NCBI GenBank assembly: GCA_965655095.1
Contig: OZ296652.1
Coordinates: 3,286,001-3,350,000 of the forward strand
Direction of reading: 5' to 3'
Origin: Haplodiscus bocki
Taxonomy: Eukaryota
DNA: 64,000 nt
A program made the position numbers and the translations under genes. The notes beneath the pieces were generated by a model that worked only from the letters and a program-made list of their open reading frames with translations, did no database searches and was not told where the DNA came from. Below, in pieces: positions 50,541 through 63,928 of this stretch (its first letter is position 1; each line of letters opens with the position of its first letter).

Positions 50541-50600
50541 CGGCAGATAGCAGGATTCGAACCCGCCAGCTTTGGCTTCCTCACCGCGTTGACGCCCACA
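50541..50600 (-). other. tRNA-like fragment within a repeat
   Basis: Minus-strand T-arm GCGGG-TTCGAAT-CCTGC. Confidence 0.45.
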
Positions 50601-51225
50601 CATTTGTATTAATCAAGGTACTAACGGCTTTGCAATAAATTGTGCGCGTCATGGGCAATTTCAGAAAAAGGAAAAAAACCCAGACTACAGAATTGAATAT
50701 TTTTCTTTCGAAAAAAAATTTCGACGGAAAATATTGATTGGTTTTACAGCCCACGTTTTATACACTACTCCCAGCGTTTTCCACAAGCTACACAAGGTCC
50801 CCTTTGCTCCTATACCACTTGCTTCAATTCGACAAAAAATTTCCAAGCATCGCAAAGAAAACAGCGTGAGCCGGAAAAAAGGGCATAAATACCTTATTCT
50901 GGTTTCAAAAAGTGTCTCAATGTTTTGAAACTTGTCAAAGAGTTTTCAAAAATTTCAGTAGAAGGGATTCTTTGATACGATATATACCGTTTGACTAAGT
51001 CTTGTGATCAAACATCTTTGGTATGTGCCTTGGCAGAAAATTTTTGCTTTGCTGTAGTTTTCGCATTCTTGGCCTGAATCTTGGTTCTGAAACTAATGAG
51101 TACCCGGAAAAGTAGGGATCTCCGAACAGTTTCTCGTTCACGCGACTGGAAAACAAAACATTTCAAAAGTCGGACGCTTTTGTAAAGAGCGCTGATTAAG
51201 AAGGGCGTTGTCTCAACATACTAAC

Positions 51226-51357
51226 TTCAGCTAGATCAGAAACCTCTTGAGGGTCCTCCATTTCTCCGGGCTCCAAAACCAGCTTCTTCTTGTGCGTACG
51301 TTTCGCTCCCATGTGTTTGGCACTGGCCGCTTCAAACCCAGCTGAACCGAGTCTAGA
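51226..51357 (-). CDS. USP37: USP37-like internal exon carrying the first half of a UIM
   Basis: tgtttag|TCTAGA...GCTGAA|gttagt. 132 nt, phase 0 to 0. Ends EDPQEVSDLAE, which with the next exon (AIQLS) completes a UIM. Confidence 0.75.
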
Positions 51358-51813
51358 CTAAACAACGAAAGTTACTTTTTAATTTGGATCAGAGATGCGT
51401 AAAAATATACATAGCTCAAGACACTCGTCTCATTTTGAAAAGCACGAACGTCGCCAATGGTTTTTGGATCATTATAAATTTATGCAAAAATTCGATCTCA
51501 ACAGGATCAGAAACGACTCAACTTGTCCTGATGCTTCACTTACGCAAAAACAGAAATCAAATATTTCACTGTTTTGTTAAGACCAACATCACGACAAAAC
51601 ATCACGCTATTTTATGTTCAATGGTTTGAAAAGCGACGTTTTTGAGGCTTTAAAACTATACATTGAAAATTAGACACGAAATTCGATGTGCAAAATACAC
51701 AATTTCGCAAAAAAGCAAATGAACCATTAATTCTTTTTCAATTGCCCTGCCTTGCCTGCTATCTAACACACATCTTTTATGCAAATTTAACTTTTAGTAC
51801 TTTGCACCCTGAC

Positions 51814-52237
51814 CTGAGAATTCATTTCTTGCTCTTCTTTGGCTTTCACAGTTCGTTTGAGGAAAAGTCTTCGGGATTTTCGAGGATTACCACTCAGCGC
51901 ATTTCGACCAACATCCTCGAAAGTTTTTTCTTTTCCCAAAAAACCGTCAACAGATTCCATAGCATCGTCGAACATAGTAGATGCTCTGTCCCGTGACCTC
52001 GGAACCATTTTGGACATGGACCCCTGGTAACTTCCGTCAAACTTCGGACCTCTTATGGGTGACAAAAATTTCCTGGCACTTTGGGAAAGCTTCGATAACT
52101 TGGGAGGCAATTCGTCGAGGAAGTCTCGCGTTGCAGTTTTTTTCTCGGGAGTTTTTCGCTCAGGTGTTTTCATGTCCATGTCTATTCCAGGAGACAGCTT
52201 TGGATAGGTTGGGTCTATTTTGATGCAGCTTATTTGT
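51814..52237 (-). CDS. USP37: USP37-like deubiquitinase, internal exon (S/T-P-rich insert region)
   Basis: tttcag| acceptor and CAG|GTCAGG donor. 424 nt open, phase 2 to 0, in phase with the next exon. Confidence 0.7.
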
Positions 52238-54514
52238 CTGAAACAAGTTGAAGGTTTTGGACTCAAAAAAATACGCCCCTAGAGGAGTTCGAATATTGAA
52301 GCACAAGAGTCTAAAAATCACAATTTGAGTGAGGGTGCCAAATCAAAAACATGACACCATAGGGCGTCACTTTTCCTTTAGAACATAGATCTTTAAACAA
52401 GATTAGAGCTTGGGGAAAATGTTAAAGTGAGCATTTGTGACAGTGGCACTTGCGTTCTTACTCATTACTTAATGCACGTGTAGCTAGAAAAATTAAGAAA
52501 GCGAATATTTAACATGGCATTATTAGTCTTCCGAGTTTTCAATTACGTTTTCCCCGTATTTGATATCTTTTGAGAAAATTGGCCAAAACATGTGGCTGCA
52601 CTGCTTTGAGAAAGTTGTAGCAGGAAAACAAAAACCTGGGAAAAACGCGAATTTACCCCTTTTTCGTAAACTTTAAAGCACTCAGAAATTGTTTTAAAAG
52701 TTCAGAAAAATTTGCTAAATATGAAAAACATTGTGCTTCGCCATCGCTTCGATGTGGATTAGTAGCTAGGAAGTTGATTTAGATATCAAAAGTGTAAAAA
52801 ATCGGGGTTAATAGGGAGAACAAAGATTTTTCGATTTACTTCGTAAGAACAGTAAAAAAGCAGTCTCAGTTGAAAATTCCAAAATTATGAGAAATTCCAA
52901 AAATTCAACCTACTGTATTGATTCATGGTAGACTTTAGGTTGAAAGTTGGAATTTGGAAGGCAAACGAGCCAAAACGAGGAAAAAACGGAAAATTTACCT
53001 GTTTTCTTGGTGACATCAGAGAGCCTAAAAAACAAATTTTGACGATTTTTGAACAGTGATTTAGAGAGCAAAAGATGAGAAATTTCATAAAAACCGCGAG
53101 AATTGCTATTTTCTGTCAATCAAAAACACGAGGAATGAGTATTTTGCTGAACAAAACAACTCGCATTCATGCAGAGAACTTTTCTGTCGCATCGCTGTTC
53201 ATGGCACTTGTCGCTGAAAATGAGAATTGAAAAACAACAAGAAGGAAAAATAGGAAGAAGTCGATCGAAAAAAACACCAAATGAAATATTTTGGACGAAG
53301 TAAACTTCGCAGAAGGTGGCAAATTAAGAGCAACTTGTATGCGATTCAGCCAAAATCCAAAACGGTGTTGATCGAGTTTGCGTCACTCCCATCTTCCATA
53401 GTTACCGAAATTGCTCACACTTCGCACAATTTCATCAGAGACACTGCACAAAACTATTAGGGCCACAACTCTCTCTAAATTGACTGTGTTAAAAAATGAG
53501 CATGTAGGACGAAACTCGAGGCAAGAATGCATCGCAAAACAATAACACTTTCCCCTGAAAACTTCACCAGATGCCTTTTTCAGGAATGAATACGTGCTTT
53601 ACTCGTGTATTTCATAGAGCTTTACTTCCCATACAGAGTAATATCTATTTCTGCCCGACCTATCAAACTAATATTGAGAACTTGTCAGAGGAGTAATTGT
53701 GCAAACGTCTGCCTCATTTTCTCAAACTTTTGCTCCTGATTCCCATTGGCTTCGACTAGTAGGCAATAAAAAGACCAAACGCAACTTATCAACACATTAT
53801 GACTCGTGATTTGAATCTCGGATCCCGAAAGACATTCGAAACCATGATCGTAGATGTGATTGACACTTTTAGACTTACTACACCAGCTGTCAATCAATTT
53901 TTTTTTCGAAACAGTCATAGGTTTGTCATTAAGACCCGGACCTGTTACATTGTCTCCTACTCGAACATGAAATCTGCCAAACGATGCTTTTCAGGTTACG
54001 CCTATTTGAAGCTAAATGTTCAAGATATTGCAAAAACAGTGAATTGTTTCCATTAACATATTGGCCAACTGTATCTTAGGTAAAAGCAATTGTTAATGTT
54101 TCACAAAACTTAGTATACTTTTAAGATGGCAGACTTCTAGTTTACTACGGTTTCTCGACAAATGTGAAATTGCTCCTCTATACCAATAATATATACGAGT
54201 TTTCGAGTTAACAACGTTAAAATGAACAACTATCTCAAGCTTAAAAAATTGTCAATCGCGTCACTTCAAGTTGTGTTAGTTTACAGCCCAATGTTTCGAA
54301 AGTTTGCATTATACAATACGCCGAAACGAGAAAAAAAACGTGCCAGAACGAGAGCGTTTCTGACATGTTACACTACATCGCTGCACTCTGATGACGTCAC
54401 AAATTGCGAGGGCGAGTTTTTGGACGAGATAAAAAACATTTGTAGGTATATTTCCTGGGGAACCAGAAAAAAACCGACTCTTTGACTCGCGCAGTATAGT
54501 GTGAAGGTATAGTA

Positions 54515-54658
54515 GACTAGACTAAAAAAATCAACAAAAAAATTAGTTATTCCTGTATACCTATACAGGAAACATCCTCTTAATTCCATTCCCCGTCTTT
54601 TCTCTTGTGTCGCTATACAGGAATAAATAATTTTTTTTGTTAATTTTTTAGTCTAGTC
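54515..54658. repeat. Subterminal inverted repeat (45-bp arms 54515-54559 and 54614-54658)
   Basis: gactagactaaaaaaa...ttcctgtata pairs with tatacaggaa...tttttagtctagtc with few mismatches. Confidence 0.9.
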
Positions 54659-55686
54659 ACACCACGCTCGCTCGATTCTCATGTCACTCGAATCTCACCG
54701 CTCTCTTTCTCCCTTCCGTCGAATTGCGAGCTCTCGCTATAATACACCTCTCCTATACCTCGCAATTTTCACCGCCACCTGAAAATTCCTCTGTAACACT
54801 ATCATGATAAAACTAACTTTTGTGTTTATGTGGAAGCAACGGTAAAACGAACTCGCACGCGCAATTTTACGTCTATGCGAGACTGAAACACCAACACTAC
54901 CACATACCTATGTTGTATAAATGATCTAGTCTTTCTCCCTTCATTTTCCCTTCCGCTTGTTGAGTGGTACTTGTAAAAAGACATCGATAGTTAAGGCTTG
55001 CCGGAGTGCTTGGGATTTACTCCTTAATACGTATCCCGTCTTTGTTGTACATTGCCATGATTCTCCCGCAGGAACTGTCTTTTCATTAACTTGATACAGA
55101 TGGGGAACTGTCACCAGGAATGCTTGCATGAACTTGGAAGTTGGCCAGTGCGGTTTTTGTGTTCCACAAATAAAAAAACTAGCTCAATTTTTTCCTTTCC
55201 TTTTCAACTAATAAAACACTCAAATTTTCCTCTCCTTTTCAAATAATAAAATATTCTGCCAATTCTTCATTTCCCTTTTAACTAATTAAAAAATTATTAC
55301 TAGTATAAGTAATTGGAATTAAAAGTTCTTGATTTTGAAATTTTGAAATCCCTGTTTGGGACGATTAAAATGAAATGTCGATGGACGAGATCCGAAAACT
55401 AATAAAACAAAGATGAATTAAAGGAATAAAATGTTTGATATTGTATTTCTTCAGTATGAAAATTTGACACGAAATAATGAAATACACTAGAATTAAAACC
55501 ACATATTTTTTAAGAAAAAATCATGTGCAAATAAATCGAGTACAATTGTGATGTATGTGAGAAAACAATTCCAATTGAAACTAAGAGAAAACATCTTCAA
55601 GTCTAACTCAACGAATCTATTCTGTTTCCATATTCATCAGATTACTCGGGAAGCATATTTCCAAGTTCAACTGGTGGTAATCGTTT

Positions 55687-58380
55687 TCATTCGTTTAAAC
55701 TTGATTTGAAATCTTCAATAGCATTCTTTTCTTTAACAATAGTTCTTCCATGAGCAAAAGATCTTTTCCATGATGTAGGAATATGTCCATTCCCTGATTT
55801 ACCATCTTTCAAATTGAAATATTTATAGTTTTCAAGTAATGTTTCAGTATTATGGTAACCTTTAAAGGTTTTCTTTTCATTTAGTATTCCATATTTGTCT
55901 ATTGCATAAGATAACTTCACTTTTGCCCCATGGAAAAACCCATAGAAAATACCACCGTCTCTAATCATTTTAACTTTGTCCTAAGTTATTTCCAACATAA
56001 CCAGCTTCTTTTAACTTTACTATGTGATAGAACCAAAATGCCTAAATGAGATGGCATAGTTTTTTCAACTTCTTTCATTGTATCAAAACCAGGATCCTTT
56101 TTGTAATTAATAACATATTGACCAGTTGGTAGGGGTTCATAATCAACAATTCTTTCATCGTGGTGTTAATGGGCCAATTCTCAGATCTTATAAGTATTCC
56201 TCGTCACTATCTTCCCGTATTGACTGTCCATATAATGAGTTCAAAGTTAGTTTTAAAAGGTCTACCATTAAATCGTTTCCTTCTCCATACTTTAATTTTA
56301 AGGTAAATAGATATTCTATAACTTTTTTCAATGGTGAAATTTTAAAGTTCTCTCCGTATAAAACTCCTTCATAAAAATTACATACTTTCCCGCCCGTTTT
56401 TAATATTTCATCAATGTCAACATTTGTTAATACCTGAGTTATCTAACCATTTCTTAATCTTTTAACAACTTTGTATTTTTTTACATGTAAAATCATATCT
56501 TCTTCAACAGGTAAATGTTGAAATATTTGGCATTTCGGATCAAAATATCTAACTCTTAAGATAGCAGATGCTGTATCTTTCAACTGGGTGAAAGTTCTAT
56601 TGTTAAACCATTGAATAAATTCTTCTTCTTTATCTGGAGTAAATAGATAACCTGTTTCAATTATAGGATAAAATGATTCAATATCAACCATTGGTGATGG
56701 ATATAAATTATTCCGATCAAAAGCCATTACAAAACCTGCATTTTTGTCAACTATTTTTGCTAATTGTTGGTTTCAAAAAACTTAGTTTGATCCTTATACA
56801 GTTCTGTTTTTCTTCTTCATTTGATAATCTATAATCTTTATCAGCTGCTTTCTTTATATCATACTCAGTTTCAAATTTTTCGTTGAATCCATCAATGTAA
56901 ATTCTAAATTCTCCCATTAAGTTCCAAATTTCTTCCGCAGTAGAATTTAAATGACATTCATTGACATTTAAAATTGTTGTAACACCGGTTGATTCAAATT
57001 CTCGAATATTTGCAGAAACTCTCCCTCCATAACAACCCTCTTTCAAAAAATCCCTGGTGTATGAATGTATTCATGTATAAATAGGTTCATCTTGACCTAG
57101 AGACATCATTAGTTTCCATCCTACAGACGAAACTGTCAAACAATCTTTCATACCAAATTAATTATTATCATAAAATTTATCACAATATCGTCGATGTATA
57201 AAAGCTAAAGATAAAAACATCTAACCTTAAATAAGGATCCCATATTGATTCATGTGATTTCCAACTGTCTTTGTTAATTAAACTATGATCCATTTTGTCT
57301 TTAAGAAGAGCAATTTGTAACACAAACATTTTGCCAACATCAATAAGTTTTCCTTTCAAATGACAAAACCTACAATTGAATGTAACATATTGAAGGAAGT
57401 TTCCAACAAATCCATTAAAAAATTTTTTCTTAGTATACCTGTTGACGTTTCTAAGATTCTCTTCTCTTCGAAAGGATCTATGGTTCAATCTGATTTAACA
57501 TAATAACTGGGGTTTAACTTCTGTAAGACCACACAATTGTCAAATCTAACAGCATTACGTGCAATTAGTTCAATATCATACCTAGTAATTATTCTATTTT
57601 CCATTTCCTTCGGATCACATTACCATTTCTTATTTACACGTGTCAACAATTTATCAATACAATCTTCTCCTTTGCCAACATTAACTTTCTCAAATTTATT
57701 TAATTTCATCATCGTTTAAATCTCTATACACCATAGAAATAGATTTTTTCGATGCAGGGAAAAAACCAACTCAACATGAGACACAGTCACCGTTTTCTTC
57801 AACTGGATATGTTTCAATGTCAAACAAAAACGTTTTCTCTGTGTTGTATTTTTGCGACTTTTCATGGGTTGTAATTATACTGAGTAACTAAGAAAAATTA
57901 ATTTATCTCTTGTTAAAACTACTTTCCATATTTTAAATTTCATCGTCTTTTTTATCTATTCAAAAGAGAAAATTTTATGTTCTTTATCTATTTTAGCTCC
58001 TCAGCTGCTTGAGATAATGAAAATCCCTTCGATTTCCATATGACACATAAATGATTATTATAAAGAAATAGTCCTTTTTCTCTATCTGAAGCATTTTTGC
58101 ATTTGTGTTATCTTGATTAGGTATTACTTCCTTTCCCTTAAAATAACCGTATGGGAGAATAAACTAGTCACAGAAATTATGAATTTTACAAAGTCATTTC
58201 CTGTTTTGATGCATTTCCTGCTGTTATAAAATTAATGTAATCGTCTTTGTGAGGTAATTTATCATAATCGACTTGATCTCTCAAAGATAAAAACAACTCA
58301 CAACTAAAAAAAACAAATTACTCGTTCTCCTGGTATATAACAATTTCTACCTTGATATCTAAGACGCTTTTCATCAATAA
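55687..58380 (-). pseudogene. Protein-primed family B DNA polymerase pseudogene
   Basis: In order: ExoI FDIET (57811-57825), ExoII ARNAVRFD (~57540-57563), CYGGRV, motif A FDRNNLYPSPM, motif B KLTLNSLYG (~56228-56254), KKTFKGY. Many stops and frameshifts; 5' end approximate. Confidence 0.9.
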
Positions 58381-58502
58381 AATTGATTGCTCTACCATAT
58401 TCACTTCGTTTGACTTCATTAAAATTTTTCCATCGTTTTCGATGAACATGTCTGCTTCCTGAATGATTGTAGATCCTTCATCAGAGTGTTCATCTATATT
58501 TT

Positions 58503-58999
58503 CTATATAGATTTCAAACGCTTCAATATCTCTAAAGGCATAATGGTTCCAACAAGTTTTCTATCCAGATCAATTTTACCTTCAAACAAGAAAGACTGAT
58601 TTGTTAAATTTTGACTAGATAACACATCTCTTAACTCATGTATACTCAGGTTATTTATTCCGTGTTTTTTTATAATTTCTTCTGAGCCAAATGTATCAGG
58701 TAAAATGTTGTCATTATGTTGATCAACTTCAATTTGACTCATTTTCATTTCTTCTCTCCAATTATTTATTATGAAAAGGCTGAAATGATTTATCTGAGAT
58801 CTCAATTTTCTCTATCATCTGATAAATTTAAAATGATAGTATAATACAAATCATAATCAGTTATGTTTTCAATTTTCATTTGAGGTTTTGTCTGTAAAAC
58901 CTTCATTATTAGGAAAGGCTCATGCATTATAAAAGCTATAACTTGAGCATCTTTACTGAAAGGATCTATTTCAAATTGAAAAGTATTACTTTGTCTCAT
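58503..58999 (-). CDS. Two adjacent small hypothetical Polinton ORFs (58802-58999 and 58503-58805)
   Basis: Co-oriented, tightly packed ORFs upstream of pPolB. No motif recognised. Confidence 0.35.
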
Positions 59000-59652
59000 T
59001 TAATTCATTCCATCGGAAAAATTACTGAAGTCTTAATGAAAGTTTTATTTTGTTTTAACTTTTAAATTTCGTAATTTATTATTCATATCTTTTGCTGTTT
59101 TATACTTTATATCCATCATAGAAAAATAAAGTTCTCTGAGCTTTTTGTTTGCACAAGGCAGTCTCGTAGAAAAATTCTTATCTTGTCTAAGTATTTTTTT
59201 ATTTATCTGCTGTTTTTGTTTATTAATAATATATTGACAAATTTGACATGGACATCCTTCATCAAATTCAATTCACGATCTTTGTTAACAGCTTGGACAT
59301 TCCACATCTATTTTCGGCTTTTGAATAACCTTTCTCTTTTTTGTTTTTGGGTAAGGTCTGACTTCTAAGTCATTGATTTGATTTTTAATAACTTTTTGAT
59401 TTCGTCTTAAATTTGTATCATTATTATCTTAATATTAGGTTCATAAACTAGTAGGTTCCTTATGCTCTCTTACGATAATATCTCCATTTGGATGAATTAT
59501 ATATCTTTTACCTCTACATAATAATAACATTCAGATACTTCAGCTAAAAGTTGCTGAAACAGATGCCACTAAACCAAAATAATTCATATTTCTATTATAC
59601 CTATCGTAGGATGCCATCCATTTCAATCATCTTATAACATCGTGGACCACTA

Positions 59653-59675
59653 ATATATATATATATATATATATA
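59653..59675. repeat. (TA)n microsatellite
   Basis: Direct inspection. Confidence 0.95.
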
Positions 59676-60074
59676 CGTTTTGCTGTTCTAGCTAGAATAG
59701 TGATTTTGTTCAAACACTTCATCCATATTTTTATATTTCTTAACTAATTCATTTTTAATATTTCACATCTCATTTTTTAATCTTATATAAATATTGAAAA
59801 TTTCATTAAAATCCTATAACCTTCAAATATTTTACATACATCAATACAAATACATATAATCCTTTTTTCAGAATATTTTGATCGATTGATAAAGATCATT
59901 CTTTTACGTTGAATTTTTGTAAATTCATTTTTTCGTTTTATAACGATCCACCCACATGCAATACACGTTCATTGCTAATCATATGTCAAAAGTGTGTTAC
60001 GTGTACAATGCATATACTGTTCAGCTTATCTCTCAATAATTTCATCTTCTGTCAACATTATTTATGATGTTTTT

Positions 60075-60339
60075 TTGAAAAAGATTTAGTTTCTCCATTA
60101 CTAGATTATTTTCATCAATGGTTAGTTCACTTGCTCTTAATAGAATTTCAAAAACCCTTTCGGGCAAAAAGTTGATTTTATATGAGGGATTGTATCGTGA
60201 ATTATTTGGGTTATTGTATATATTCTGTGACCTATCTCCTCTCTTAATTTTTTTTCTTATCTGCAGTTCTAACTAAACCTCCGAATTTATGTTCTGGTTT
60301 ACATTTCTCATCTTTGTCTTGGAGATTGGAGCAGGTTGT
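60075..60339 (-). pseudogene. C-terminal part of the same integrase
   Basis: TTCSNLQDKDEKCKPEHKFGGLVRTAD...YTITQIIHDTIP...LPER...LTIDENNLVMEKLNL continues in frame from ...LNEK once the insertion is removed. Confidence 0.75.
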
Positions 60340-63300
60340 TTACGCGAGCGGAACGAAGCCTTTTCGCACAAGGACAAGTAACAATGATTTCACTCATTTT
60401 TCGCGTCCGTGACATCCCTGTGCCTTTCAAGTCTTTAACTCTAATTTTCTCAGTACCTATTGGTCCAATTCATCAGATTTTTGTATGAACACTACGACGG
60501 GTTCACAATCTATCTTCTTCCTTATTTTTCGGCCGCCGAAATCTTTTTTTTTCGGTGAGTTATTGGCGAAAAAAAAATTCAATTTTAGGATTTTCTAGAG
60601 GGCAACCGTTACAATTTTGAGTCTTGTCTCTACAGTAAGCTGCGAAATGCTAACATTTTTGCATTAATCGATAGAGCGCCATTCAATTGAGCGGTGTGTT
60701 GTATTAGTTTTTGCCAAAATCAAGTTTCCGGCCAGTTTTTGTCCAAAAAAGCTGAAATCTTTGAAGTTTTTCGAGACGGATGTGACATTCCCCGTTGCCC
60801 ACTCCCTTCTCAACTTTTACGCTCTTTTTCTACGAACGCATTTAGAGGATCCATTTGCTTTTTGCTTAGCTGCATTGGCAACGCTGTAATTGACCTGGGC
60901 TGAAAGTTTCGGCAGCCGAAAATTTCCCACCGGCGGGATTTTGACGAAAATAAAGGAAAACCGAGGGTTTTCAGAGGACAAATGTTACTTTTTCACAATG
61001 CTCTGCACTAATGTCGCATGTATGGCATCCCAATATTAATTAGGTGATTCAAAATTAGGCGTTACTTGCATTCAGCCTCTGATTCATTCATTTTTTGATT
61101 TCTCTTGACTGTTTGAACGAAAATTCTTGAGCAAAAAAAATTGACTTTCCAAATAAATTTTTGCCTTATCTATAGCTCCGCGCGTTTCGCATGCTTCAGA
61201 GCAATGCATATTACTAGAATTGAGGAACAGTTTGAGCAATATGAATAGTAATGAGTTTTGATGCAAGTTTCGACTGTGAGCGATTTTTTCTAAGGTATTT
61301 ATTGAGAGAAAATGTCAAGAAATAGGTTCTCATTTCCTGGAGAATTGCCTCAAATTTGTGTCTGCTATCATCCCTCAGCCTCTCTTCAGTGCCCATATTA
61401 TGTCGGGGTTGCAGGAAAAATCTTCTAGTTGAATTCTCTGAAAAGAACATCGACAAAAAACGGCTTCTTGGTGAGATTTTTGTGTCCGGATTCTTTGTTC
61501 TATACCTAACGCACAGTTGTCAAACTTTGGAACCTCGCTGCTCTGAGAGAGCAATTGCTAAACAGCGGCTGAGTTCTGCCGACTTTTGAGATGGCAGAGA
61601 TTTCTTTCTCAGCTATATTTTGTTCGAAGTTAAAGTAGCTACCTTGAATGTCCGCTGTTGTCTCATGGTTGCTCTGTCTAAGCTCTCCGGATTTTGCTAT
61701 ATGCCCTCTGGCATTGCATTAGCATGTGGTCAGCGTTGTAGTGAAAAAGTTGAGTACTTGCGCGAGCATTGCGCTAAGCACCTTAGCGCCTATGTTTTAT
61801 TTTGCCGTCTGTGACATCCCTCTGCGTTTCAACTATTCAAATCTAAGTTTCTCGGCACCTAATGGTCGGATTTATTCGATTTTTTTAATAAACACTACGA
61901 CGTGTTCACGATCTAACACATTCCGAACTTTCGGCCTCCGAATTTTTTCGGCTAGTTATTAGCGAAAAGAAATTCAATTTTCCGATTTTTTAGAGGGCAA
62001 AGGCTATAATTCGAGTCCTGTTTGTACAATAAGCTTGGAAATGGTGTTTTGGACTAATCGATGGAAGAACATTTAGTTCAGCAGCGTGCTGTGAAATTTT
62101 TGTGCCACATTTTTTTCGGCCAGTTTTTCGAAACAGTTTTGACCTTCCCCATTCCCCACTCCCTTCAACTTTTACGCTTTTTCTACAAACGCATTTAGAG
62201 GATCCACTAGCTTATTGTTTAGCTGCATTGGCAACGTCGTAATTGACCGGGGTTGAAAGTTTCGGCAACCGAAAATTTCCCGCCAGTGGGATTTTGGCGA
62301 AAATAAACGAAAACTCAGATTTTTTCAGAGGGCAAATGTTACTCTTTCACAATGCTGTGCACTAATATCGCATGTATGGCATCCCAATATTGGTTAGATG
62401 ATTCAAAAATTAAGCGTTACTTGCATTCAGTGTTTAGGCGACAATTTTTTGATTTTTCTTGATTGACCGAAAATTTTTGCACAAAAAATTGACTTTTCAA
62501 TGAATTTTTGCATTATCTACAGTTCAGCGCGTTCAGCATGCTTCAAACTGATGCATATCACTACAATTGAGGAAAAGTTTGAGCATGATGTATAGCAATG
62601 AGTGTTGATGCAAGTTTCGACTGTGAGCGATTTTTTCTTATTTAATGATTGCGAAAATTCAAACAATTGGTTTCCTCAACCTTTGTCGACTCTTCCAAAA
62701 ACTTTTTATCCAGTTGCACAACCAAAAAAAAGTGAAGGGGGCTTCTTGATGCTAACTGGATTAACTGAAGAAGCAGTTGAGAGCAGTTCAGGTTACGCTC
62801 GCTCGTAGATAAGTGGTTTGGTCAAGGTACTCTTTAGATCTAGAGCAAAACTTTTCCCGTTGTTTTTGCCCTTTACGATAATTTACTACGACTCTCATCA
62901 CCTGGTAAAATTCTTCGAGTGTGATTCTCCTAGTAACCCTTAGCATCTCCTTGGTGCCTATGTGACCTCGGAGTTCGGGGAGGAATCTTTTAGTCGAGGT
63001 TTCTGAGGAATTTTATCAAGAAAACACGACTTTTCGGCAAGAGTTTTCGTTTCGCGAGTCGTATTTCTTTGCTTAACACCTAGTTGTCAACTCTTGGAAC
63101 CTTTCTGCTATGAGGCCGCACTTGCTGAACAGCGGCTGGCTTTCGCTGACTCTTCAGATGACAATTTTTTTCAGCTAAATTTTGTTTGAATTTAGGATTG
63201 TTACTTTCAACCTCCGCTACTATCTCTTGGTTGTTCTCTGCCTAATCTCTCCGTATTTTGCTACATGCTATCTGGTATTGCATGAGCATAAGGTCATCGA

Positions 63301-63362
63301 TGTTGTCAAGATGTTGAGTACCTTCGCGAGCATTGCGCTAAGCACATTAGCGCCTATGTTTT
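60340..63362 (+). mobile_element. Tandem dimer of a non-autonomous Helentron-like element (about 60340-61800 and 61801-63362)
   Basis: Two diverged copies starting cgtc(c/t)gtgacatccct (~60404, ~61806) and ending in the hairpin GCGCTAAG-cac-CTTAGCGC-ctatgtttt. Inserted in a T-run with no TSD beyond the T-run itself. Confidence 0.6.
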
Positions 63363-63928
63363 TTCATTCAGTTTTTTAGATGCTTCAATTGATGTCATTT
63401 TAGTTGAATTGTGGATTGTATTGTTGTATTTATTGTAACAGATGGTAACTCGCTCACCGAATCAGCGTTTCTTTTCAAAAAAACAGGTTTATTTAACAAA
63501 TTACGTATTGTTCTATTACGTTAAGCAAATACTGCTCCTTTTAAGTATATCGTGAAAATCTTGTAAAATCATTCTGTTTGAAGAAAGCATTGAAAACTTT
63601 GTTGACGCAGTCCTTACCATCAACTGTTTCAGTGAGATTGGGTTTACCTTTCGACGTTTTATTAATTTGTGAAAATTGATCGGTTTTTTTGAGCGTATTT
63701 CTCTATCAAGAATACCGTCCAATCGTTTTTAGAAAACTTATCAATCACTACCAAAATATATCTATATCCACAATTGTTTGCGGGTTTATAGTCATTCATA
63801 TTCATTAAATCTGAAAACCAAGTCTCATTCATCCATTCAACAATCGTTGTTTTGGTTTCATATCCCTTTTTTTGAGGATTACTGTATAATTCAATGATAA
63901 AAATTTCAACTTGATCCTTCTTTGTCAT
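63363..63928 (-). pseudogene. Polinton retroviral-like (rve) integrase pseudogene, N-terminal and catalytic part
   Basis: TWFSDL..M..Y, YRYILVVIDKFSK, KPNLTETVDGK, GAVFA*RNRTIRNLL and KMTSIEASKKLNEK across frameshifts. Confidence 0.88.
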
